Part shown: piece after piece, positions 1 through 7,375 of the stretch
Position numbering within the stretch: the stretch's first letter is position 1
Layout of the letters: the number at the start of each line of letters is the position of its first letter
NCBI GenBank assembly: GCA_964581285.1
Contig: CAZONT010000001.1
Location: 1,450 to 59,909, forward strand
Reading direction: 5' to 3'
DNA: 58,460 nucleotides
From: an uncultured Planctomycetaceae bacterium
GTDB lineage: Bacteria > Planctomycetota > Phycisphaerae > UBA1845 > UTPLA1
Translations under genes and position numbers: made by a program
The notes under the pieces: generated by a model
Told to the model about the DNA's origin: nothing
What the model saw: only the letters and a program-made list of their open reading frames with translations
The model's database searches: none

Positions 1-2
1 GA

Positions 3-317
3 ATGATGATTGCCTATAACCCGCTCAAGGGGGCGGAGGTGCTGACGATTCTTCTGGCGGCGGGATTCATGATCAGCGGTCTGTTCCGCGTCGTGGCCGG
101 TCTTTCGATGGACACGCCGCATCGTGGCTGGGTGTTTCTCAACGGATTGATCACGCTGGCGCTCGGCGTGCTGATCTGGCGGCAGTGGCCGGTCAGCGGA
201 CTCTGGGTCATTGGCATGTTCATTGGAATCGATTTGTTGTTTGCCGGATGGACGTGCTTGATGCTCGGCTTGGCGGTGCGCCGGCCGGCGAAGGCGGCGG
301 CCGCGGCCGCGGGGTGA
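3..317 (+). CDS. HdeD/DUF308-family small membrane protein, C-terminal part (5' end outside window)
   Basis: ORF open to the left edge. Consecutive hydrophobic helices with a DUF308-type repeat (..GLITLALGVLIWRQWPVSGLWVIGMFIGIDLLFAGW..). High GC3. Confidence 0.6.
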   Translation: MMIAYNPLKGAEVLTILLAAGFMISGLFRVVAGLSMDTPHRGWVFLNGLITLALGVLIWRQWPVSGLWVIGMFIGIDLLFAGWTCLMLGLAVRRPAKAAAAAAG

Positions 318-327
318 TGCGAACGGC

Positions 328-1614
328 CTACTCGAAGCGCAGGGCGTCGATGGGGTCGAGGCGGCTGGCGCGCCAGGCCGGGTAGAAGCCGAAGAAGACG
401 CCGACGAGCAGAGCGAAGATGACCGATACCGTCACCGACCACGGGGTGACGATCAATTCCCAGCCCTTGTCCTGATTGATTGATTCGAGCGCTCGCGATG
501 CGCCGACGCCGATGAGGACGCCCACCAAGCCACCGGTACAGCAGAGCAAGATCGCCTCGATCAGGAATTGGCCGAGGATGGTGACGGGATTGGCACCGAT
601 CGCCATGCGGAGGCCGATCTCGCGGGTTCGCTCGGTGACGGAGACGAGCATGATGTTCATGATTCCGACGCCTCCGACGACGAGCGAGACGGAGGCGATC
701 ACCAGGAGCAGTCGGCTAAACACCTCGGTGGTTTCTTCCTGAAGCTGGGCGTTCTCCGAAAGATCGAAGATGCGGAAGTCGTCCGGGTCGGTCGGGTTGA
801 GGCGGTGACGTTCGCGGAGCAACTGGCGGACCTGTTCGCGAACGACGGGCATGGGGATGCCGGCCTTTGCGGCGGCCAGCATGGTGCCGGATTTTTCCTG
901 GCCGGCGACCTTGGTCTGGAAGGTGCGGAAGGGGAAGACGATGCAGTCGTCGTAGTCGCGGCCGTCGGAGCTGCGGCCCTTCGCGGCGAGCACGCCGACG
1001 ATCTTGAACGGGACGCGATTCACGCGGATGGTTTCGCCGACGGGGTTGATCGAGCCGAAGAGCTCGCGGGCGGTCGTGCGGCCAATGCAGCAGACCTTGG
1101 CGAGGGCGTCGTCGTCTTCCTGGGTGTAGAGGCGGCCCTCGGCGGCGCGCCAGCGGCGGATGTCGAAGAAGTTGGCGAAGACACCCATGACCGACGATTG
1201 GTAGTTGGCGTAGGGCGATGCGATTTGCATCATCATGCGGTTGGAGGGAGTCGCGGCGCGGACGTAGGTGCACTGCTGCATGATGGCGAGTGCATCGTCG
1301 GTGGTCATGGTCGCGCTGACACCTGCGCCGCCCTGGACGCCCTGTCGCTGGATGCCCCAAGATCCGATGAACATCCAATCGTCGCCCATGGCGGCGATTT
1401 CGCGCTGGACCTTCTGCTTGGTTCCTTCACCCATCGCGACCATCGTGATGACGGAGGCGATGCCGATGATGATGCCGAGTGCGGCGAGAGTGGTGCGGAC
1501 CTTGTTCTTGGCGAGACTCGACGAGGCCTCGCCGAGCGTGGCGAAGAGGGCGGTCAGCGGCCGGTTGCGCGGCAGCGTTCGTCGGGTTTTGATCGCTTCT
1601 GCCGGCCGATGCAC
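328..1614 (-). CDS. MacB/FtsX-type ABC transporter permease (periplasmic core domain + FtsX bundle); no ATPase partner adjacent
   Basis: 428-aa ORF. N-terminus LAKNKVRTTLAALGIIIGIASVI and C-terminus TREIGLRMAIGA..LGQFLIEAILL are MacB_PCD/FtsX signatures. GTG start. Confidence 0.8.
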   Translation of the reverse strand: MHRPAEAIKTRRTLPRNRPLTALFATLGEASSSLAKNKVRTTLAALGIIIGIASVITMVAMGEGTKQKVQREIAAMGDDWMFIGSWGIQRQGVQGGAGVSATMTTDDALAIMQQCTYVRAATPSNRMMMQIASPYANYQSSVMGVFANFFDIRRWRAAEGRLYTQEDDDALAKVCCIGRTTARELFGSINPVGETIRVNRVPFKIVGVLAAKGRSSDGRDYDDCIVFPFRTFQTKVAGQEKSGTMLAAAKAGIPMPVVREQVRQLLRERHRLNPTDPDDFRIFDLSENAQLQEETTEVFSRLLLVIASVSLVVGGVGIMNIMLVSVTERTREIGLRMAIGANPVTILGQFLIEAILLCCTGGLVGVLIGVGASRALESINQDKGWELIVTPWSVTVSVIFALLVGVFFGFYPAWRASRLDPIDALRFE

Positions 1615-1641
1615 GTCATTCTCCGCCGTAACGGACGCGTC

Positions 1642-2121
1642 CTAGTAGTTAAGTCCGTTCTTCCGCACGTGAACGTAGGGCGGTTTCGTTTCGTCGGACT
1701 CGCCCTCGAGGACTTCGCCAACGTAGAGCCAGTGGTCGCCGACGTCATGCTTGGCGCGGACGCGGCAGGACAACACGCCGATTCCGTCGGCGAGGGAGAC
1801 GCCGGCCGCGGAGTCGCGGACGGCCAAGCCGGTGAAGGCGTCCTGGCCGGGCTCGAAGCCCTTGCCGAAGTGTCGGAACATTGCGGTCGCGTCGGTCCCG
1901 ACCTGGTTCAGGACAAAGTGCTTTGACTCGTCTATCAGGGCTTCGATCGGGCGGCCCTTCTTGACCGCAACGGAGATGGAGAGCGGGTCGAAGCTGGTTT
2001 GCTGAACCCAGGATGCGAGCATGCCGGTGCGCTGGCTGCCGTTTCTTGCCGTCAGGATGAAGACGCCGCTGGGGATGCGGCCGACGGCCTTCGCGGTGCG
2101 TTGTTTGTCGGGGGCTTCCAT
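1642..2121 (-). CDS. Flavin reductase-like FMN-binding split-barrel protein
   Basis: Last 159 codons of the 365-aa track ORF (..IPSGVFILTARNGSQRTGMLASWVQQTSFDPLSISVAV..) look like the flavin_reduct family. The upstream 206 codons are Pro/Ala/Arg-rich shadow sequence, so the ATG at 2121 is used. Confidence 0.7.
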   Translation of the reverse strand: MEAPDKQRTAKAVGRIPSGVFILTARNGSQRTGMLASWVQQTSFDPLSISVAVKKGRPIEALIDESKHFVLNQVGTDATAMFRHFGKGFEPGQDAFTGLAVRDSAAGVSLADGIGVLSCRVRAKHDVGDHWLYVGEVLEGESDETKPPYVHVRKNGLNY

Positions 2122-2216
2122 CTTTGCAACTCGAATTAGTGGAATTGTAGGTGGCCGTGCGCGAATTGCCAAACCGCGGATGATGGCGGGGTTTTGCGCG
2201 GCCGCAGATAATCGCT

Positions 2217-3812
2217 TTGGTGACATACGTCGTCGAGGCGAATGAATTGGAGCGTCCGTTGGAGCAGCCGGCACTGCGACCGCTGCGTTACGCGTGGCTG
2301 GGTGTGGCGGTGCTGGCGGTGCTAATTCGCGCTCCGCTCGTCTTGCAGCCGGCGTGCATCGATCGCAATGGCGTGCAGTTTGTCGAGTTTGCGCGGCAGA
2401 TTGGCGACGGGCCGGTGAAGGCAATGCAGGAAACGCGACGGCAGCCGGGATTTGCGGCGTTGCTGCTGTTGACGCATAGACTGGTCGGCGGGGTCTTCGG
2501 TGGCGATACGCCCGAGGGGTGGCAGCGGTGTGGTGAGCTGCTTGCGCTGGTCGGCGGGGTTTGCGTTTGCCTCGGGTTGTACGCGCTCGCGGCGCGTTTG
2601 TTCGAGCCGGCGGTGGCGATAGCAGCGGGGGTTCTGGCGAGCTTGTGGCCGCAGGGGGCGGGGCTTTCGGCACAGGTGCTGTCGGACATGCCGCATCTGG
2701 CGTTGTATCTCGCGGCGCTGCTGGCAGCATATTCCGCACTGCGATCCGGCAGCGGCGTACGGCTTGGGCTTGCGGGGGTGCTCGTCGGCGCCTGCTACTT
2801 GGTGCGGCAGGAGGCGATCGGGCTGATTCTGGCGGCCGGGTTCTGCTGGCTCGGGTGGGCCGCCGGTCTGAATTGGCGCCGGCGATGCGTGGGACTGGCC
2901 ATGCTACTGGGCGGATTTGCGCTGGGCGCGGCGCCGCACTCTCTGATGATCGGGGAGTTGGTGCCGAACAAGAATCCGGCGGACTTTCTGAACTGGCTTA
3001 ACGAGGCCGCGACCAGGCCGGAGTCGCACCCGTTGATGCTGGCGTATTCGGCGACATGGTGGAAGACGCCGGGACAACTGGTCGAGTGGTGGGCGAAGAG
3101 CGGGCGCTATGCGATCGCGGGCTTGTTCGTGGTTGGCGTGTTTCTGAAGTCGGGGCCGCCGGCTGAGTCGCAGGGCCGCCGATTGGTGGTCGCGGCTGCG
3201 CTCGTTCATATCGCGCTCGTTGTGGTGCGGGCGGAAATCTACGGGGACACAAGCGACCGGTATGTTGTGATTCCGGCGGCGCTGGCGATTCCGTGGGCGG
3301 GTGCGGGCTGGGTGTACTTGATGCGATTCGCGCGGGAGCGCATCGCGGCGGAGGGCGTTCGACAGGTTGCGGTGGGGCTGGTAATGCTCGCACCGATCGT
3401 GCCGATGGTCGTGTACCTGGTGCGGCCGGTGTATGGCGGCAAGGAGGCGCTACGCGAGGCGGGGTGCTGGCTGCGCGAGCACGCGGACCGGCGGGATCGC
3501 GTTCTTGGGCACCGGAACCTCGAGCAGGTGATGTACTATGCGGACCGCGTCTATCCGCACGGCGCGTGGGTGAAGTGCGAACGGGCTGACGGCGTGAAGC
3601 GGCTTGCGGCGATCGTCGCGGCAAAACGACTGCGCTGGTACGTGGACGTCGAGGGATCGCATCGCGAGGAACTCGACGAGTCGGCGCATTTTTCGGCGCT
3701 GGAGTCGGGGGCGCTTGCGGGGGCTCGGGCGGTATTCTCGGCCGGCATGGCGGGGCGGCGCGTGATTGTCTTTGAGATCGAAGCGCCGGGCGGATCGGAA
3801 CGGGTGCGATGA
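2217..3812 (+). CDS. Polytopic GT-C-fold glycosyltransferase, ArnT/PMT-like (paralog A)
   Basis: 531 aa with many TM helices followed by a ~130-aa soluble C-terminal domain. Early loop motif CIDRNGVQFVEFAR. Clear paralog of 5090..6574 (shared VLSDMPHLALYLAA). TTG/GTG start. ATGA overlap with the next gene. Confidence 0.65.
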   Translation: MVTYVVEANELERPLEQPALRPLRYAWLGVAVLAVLIRAPLVLQPACIDRNGVQFVEFARQIGDGPVKAMQETRRQPGFAALLLLTHRLVGGVFGGDTPEGWQRCGELLALVGGVCVCLGLYALAARLFEPAVAIAAGVLASLWPQGAGLSAQVLSDMPHLALYLAALLAAYSALRSGSGVRLGLAGVLVGACYLVRQEAIGLILAAGFCWLGWAAGLNWRRRCVGLAMLLGGFALGAAPHSLMIGELVPNKNPADFLNWLNEAATRPESHPLMLAYSATWWKTPGQLVEWWAKSGRYAIAGLFVVGVFLKSGPPAESQGRRLVVAAALVHIALVVVRAEIYGDTSDRYVVIPAALAIPWAGAGWVYLMRFARERIAAEGVRQVAVGLVMLAPIVPMVVYLVRPVYGGKEALREAGCWLREHADRRDRVLGHRNLEQVMYYADRVYPHGAWVKCERADGVKRLAAIVAAKRLRWYVDVEGSHREELDESAHFSALESGALAGARAVFSAGMAGRRVIVFEIEAPGGSERVR

Positions 3813-5080
3813 AGAACCGCGGCCGGCGACTGCTCTGGATCGTGATCGGCTGCGGGTTGATGGCGTATGCCGTGGTCGATGTTGCGAAGTTCCAAGAGGC
3901 AATGCGGGAACGCAAACCGACGCTGAAGCGGTGGCTGCCGCAGGCGGCTGAAGCGGGGCAGGACGCGCGGCTATACGAGCGGCATCCGGATTACCTGTAT
4001 CCGCCTTTCTTTCTCGTTGTGTTGAAGCCATTGACGCGGGTCTCGCCGGCGACGGCGGCGGTCATCTGGCAGCTTGCGAAGTATGCGAGCATCGTCGCGA
4101 TCTTCGCGTCGGCGTGGGGCGTGCTCTTGCGGGCGGGGCCGGTGCCGGATTGGGTGAGACTGGCGACGATCATCGTCGCGTTTCGGTTTGTCCACTCCGA
4201 CCTGCGGCACGGGAATGTGAACCTGTTCATTGCGGCACTGGTGACCGGGGCGGCGTTGCTGTTTGTTACGAATCGTCGGTTCGCGGCGGGGGCGGCCGTG
4301 GGCCTGGCCGCGTGCATCAAGGTGACGCCGGCGCTGTGGCTGGCATACCTGGCGTACAAGCGGGAGTGGCGCGGGCTGCTGGGAGCCGCGGCAGCGATCG
4401 TCGTCGCGCTCGAACTCGTGCCGGGTGCGGTCATCGGCTGGTCGCTTAATCACGAATTGCTGCACGCGTGGTTTTCGCACTGCATTCGATCATTTGCGGA
4501 GGAAGGCCGGATTGACTCGGTGGGCATGAATCAGTCTCTGGCGGCGGTTACGAATCGGCTGTTCGGCTGGTCGGGACTGGCGGCCGACGAACATAGCGTC
4601 GTGCTCGTGCAATTGGCTGATGCGACGATTCGCTGGATTCAAAGCGGAGCGGCGATCGCGCTGCTTGGGGTTGCGGCATGGTCGTGCCGCGGTCGATTGG
4701 CGGTGCGTGAGTCGGCATTGGTGTTTGCGGTCGAATGGTCGTTGGTTGCACCCGTTACTTTGGCGTTGTCCGGGTACACTTGGACCGGGCATTTTTGTTT
4801 GCTTGTGCTTCCACTGACGACACTGTTTGCGTTCCTGGCATCATCACGGACCGATGGTGCGGCTGTCGCGCGGTGGGTCGTTCTGACCGGGACGATTGCT
4901 GCGTGCGGGATCTTCGTACTTGCCACTGACCTGCTGACGGCTCCGATCCGCGAGTGGGCGACGCAGATTGGATTGCCGCTACTGGGCGCGATGTGCGTGC
5001 TGGCCGCATTGGTGGCGGTTCGGGCTGCGCTGCGAGCCAACGAACGGGGCGATGGCGGGCGCGCGGCGTCATCGACATAA
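3809..5080 (+). CDS. GT87/DUF2029-family polyprenol-phosphate-sugar-dependent glycosyltransferase (PimE-like mannosyltransferase family)
   Basis: 423 aa, about 10 TM helices. Motifs ..DLRHGNVNLFIAALV.. and ..ACIKVTPALWLAYLAYK.. are typical of DUF2029/GT87. Confidence 0.7.
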   Translation: MKNRGRRLLWIVIGCGLMAYAVVDVAKFQEAMRERKPTLKRWLPQAAEAGQDARLYERHPDYLYPPFFLVVLKPLTRVSPATAAVIWQLAKYASIVAIFASAWGVLLRAGPVPDWVRLATIIVAFRFVHSDLRHGNVNLFIAALVTGAALLFVTNRRFAAGAAVGLAACIKVTPALWLAYLAYKREWRGLLGAAAAIVVALELVPGAVIGWSLNHELLHAWFSHCIRSFAEEGRIDSVGMNQSLAAVTNRLFGWSGLAADEHSVVLVQLADATIRWIQSGAAIALLGVAAWSCRGRLAVRESALVFAVEWSLVAPVTLALSGYTWTGHFCLLVLPLTTLFAFLASSRTDGAAVARWVVLTGTIAACGIFVLATDLLTAPIREWATQIGLPLLGAMCVLAALVAVRAALRANERGDGGRAASST

Positions 5081-5089
5081 TCGCGAGCC

Positions 5090-6574
5090 ATGAACGGCAA
5101 CGGACACACCGGCCCGCCAGCGAGCGTCTCGACCTCGGTTCGCACCGGCGGCTGGCTGATGCTGATTCTCGTCATCGCGGCGGGACTGCGAATCATGCAG
5201 GCGGCACGGCTGGAGTGCATCAGCCGCGATGGTGCGTTTTTCGTGCGGTTCGCGCGGGAGCTGGCGATCGATCCGCGGTTGTACATGCGGGAGGAGAGCA
5301 AGCAGCCGGGGTATTCGTTCGCATTGCTGTGGATGGAGCGATCGGTCGGGTGGCTGTTGTCGGGGGATACGGTGCTGGCATGGGAGCGGAGCGGGCAGCT
5401 CGTCGCGCTGGCCGCCGGGATTGCGGTCGTGCCGCTGGTGTACCTGCTCGGGCGGCGAGTGTTCGATGCGCGGATCGGGTTGATCGCGGCGGGGCTGGCG
5501 GCCGTCTGGTCGCAGGCGGTTGATCTGTCGGCCGATGTGTTGTCGGACATGCCGCATCTGGCGCTGTACCTGGCGGCGATGCTCGCAGTTTTGGCGCTGC
5601 TGAAGTCGGGGCGGCTGGCGTGGGCTTTGCTGGCGGGAGTCTGCGCCGGCGCGGCTTACCTGTTTCGGCTGGAGGCGCTGGGATTGCCGATTGCGTCGAC
5701 GGCCGTGCTGTATTGGAAGCCGGGGGCGGCGCGGCGACAGCGCGTCGTTGCTTCGATCGTTCTTCTGGTGAGTTTCGGAGCGACGGTTGCGCCGTACGTG
5801 GCCGTAACCGGGACGCTGACGCACAAGAAGAGCATTCCGCAACTCCTGGAGTCGCCGGCGGAGGCGGCGGCAATGGGACGCGAGTTGGAAGTTGCGGGCG
5901 AGGCGGTCAAATCGTTTCTCGAATGCGGGCGGTATGTGCTGCCGGGGCTTGCGATCGCCGGCGTCTTGATGGGCGCGGGGGCGGCGCGACGCGACGCGAG
6001 AGACTACGTCATCGTGCTGGCGGCGCTTCACGTGGCGGCGGTGTACCTGCGCGGACGGAGCTTTGGAGAGATCAGCACGCGGTACATGATCGTGCCGGTG
6101 GCGCTGAGTCTGCCGTGGGCGGCGCTGGGCGTGTTGGAAATCGGACGGCGGGTGCTTGCGCATTATGTACTTCGAATGGTGACGGGAGCGGCGCTTGTCA
6201 TCCTGTTGATTGGTCCGCTGCGGCATGCGCCGCAGCACGGAAAGCTTCCGCAGCGGATCGCGGGCGAGTGGATTCGGTCGAACGCGGCGACCGATGCGCG
6301 GATTCTGGTTGCGCCGAAGCTGTCGGCGGTGGCGTTTTACGCCGATCGGCGCGATGTCTGGCCCGCGTCAACGGCTGAACATCCGGCCGCCCGGCTTGCA
6401 AGCATCGATGCGGCGTCGCCAGCGTGGTTCGTCGATCAACCGGAGCGGCCGGAGGGCGACGATGAGAACGGGCTGCTGCTGGGGCTGTGCCGCGCGCGGG
6501 TCGGCGGCGGCGTGCCGAGTTTTGAGGATGGCAAGGATCGCGAGCGCGTGGCGGTGTCTGCGTGGCGGAAGTGA
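5090..6574 (+). CDS. Polytopic GT-C-fold glycosyltransferase, ArnT/PMT-like (paralog B)
   Basis: 494 aa with the same architecture as 2217..3812. Shared motifs ISRDGAFFVRFAR and DVLSDMPHLALYLAAML, including a 21-nt identical stretch tcggacatgccgcatctggcg. Confidence 0.65.
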   Translation: MNGNGHTGPPASVSTSVRTGGWLMLILVIAAGLRIMQAARLECISRDGAFFVRFARELAIDPRLYMREESKQPGYSFALLWMERSVGWLLSGDTVLAWERSGQLVALAAGIAVVPLVYLLGRRVFDARIGLIAAGLAAVWSQAVDLSADVLSDMPHLALYLAAMLAVLALLKSGRLAWALLAGVCAGAAYLFRLEALGLPIASTAVLYWKPGAARRQRVVASIVLLVSFGATVAPYVAVTGTLTHKKSIPQLLESPAEAAAMGRELEVAGEAVKSFLECGRYVLPGLAIAGVLMGAGAARRDARDYVIVLAALHVAAVYLRGRSFGEISTRYMIVPVALSLPWAALGVLEIGRRVLAHYVLRMVTGAALVILLIGPLRHAPQHGKLPQRIAGEWIRSNAATDARILVAPKLSAVAFYADRRDVWPASTAEHPAARLASIDAASPAWFVDQPERPEGDDENGLLLGLCRARVGGGVPSFEDGKDRERVAVSAWRK

Positions 6575-7111
6575 TCAGCCGTCGCGGCGGGTCCAGACGT
6601 AGGGGATGTCGTTGTCGTGCGGGTCGGCCCGGAATTCGTCGGGCGACTTGTAGTTGTAACACTCGGTCGTCACGTTTACGACCATGCACTCGCAGTCGGA
6701 GACGCACATCCAGCCGTGATAGACGCCGGGGGGGATGCGAACCAGTCCGGGAACGTGTTCGGAGAGGTAAACCTCGTTGACCTCGCCGCGGGTCGGCGAT
6801 TGCTCGCGGCCGTCGTAGAGGCCGATCTTGATTGCGCCGCGAACGCAGTAGAAGTGGTCGGTCTGGAGGCGATGGAAATGCCATGCCTTGACGATGCCGG
6901 GATAGGTGGTCGTGAAATAGACCTGGCCGAACTTCTGGAACCAGGGGTCGTCGGCGCGCATGATTTCGCCGAGTCGTCCGCGCTCGTCGGGGAGCACGCG
7001 GGCGCGCCTGACGGCAACGCCGTCAATGAGCCCCTTGCGGCCACGGACCATGAGTGATTCGTCTGCGAAAACGACCTTGAGCGTTGGCAGCGTTCCTTTG
7101 TCCAGCGGCAT
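6575..7111 (-). CDS. dTDP-4-dehydrorhamnose 3,5-epimerase-like cupin (RmlC-related)
   Basis: 178 aa from the ATG at 7111. ..DERGRLGEIMR..VKAWHFHRLQTDHFYCVRGAIKIGLYDGREQSPTRGEV..IPPGVYHGWMCV.. follows the RmlC-family pattern. The upstream part of the 271-aa track ORF is Arg-rich and was rejected. Confidence 0.7.
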   Translation of the reverse strand: MPLDKGTLPTLKVVFADESLMVRGRKGLIDGVAVRRARVLPDERGRLGEIMRADDPWFQKFGQVYFTTTYPGIVKAWHFHRLQTDHFYCVRGAIKIGLYDGREQSPTRGEVNEVYLSEHVPGLVRIPPGVYHGWMCVSDCECMVVNVTTECYNYKSPDEFRADPHDNDIPYVWTRRDG

Positions 7112-7375
7112 GGGTTGAGGACTCCGCGAAGAAGCGATTATCAGCGAATATGGGCCCGCGACATTACGAAGTTGCGCGTGTTGCGTCAACGCGCGCGAGC
7201 TTGACATGCCCCGGCGACGGTCGGAAAATGGGGTTTTCCTCTTCGCACCGTGCGGCGCCCGGCACGCGAAATCAACCGACCCGCGTTGAGCTTCCTCCCT
7301 GCGGGCATCGCCGGGGAGATCACCGCCAGGGCGAATCGGCAGCGTTCCCGACACATTCGCTGATACGGGTCGGAC

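Noticed and set aside
568-1926. 452-aa plus-strand ORF antisense to the MacB-type permease.
   Set aside because: Asp/Gly/Ala/Arg-rich with no motifs. It fully overlaps a gene with clear family signatures. Typical high-GC shadow ORF.
2122-2739. N-terminal 206 codons of the 365-aa track ORF 1642..2739.
   Set aside because: Pro/Ala/Arg-rich low-complexity sequence overlapping the divergent GT-C gene. The flavin-reductase domain begins at the internal ATG (2121).
7150-7200. GC-rich hairpin gcgcgt-N9-acgcgc in the divergent promoter region between the RmlC-like and dual-GT2 genes.
   Set aside because: Only 6 bp, with no flanking U-tract or partner half-sites. Such palindromes are frequent at this GC content.
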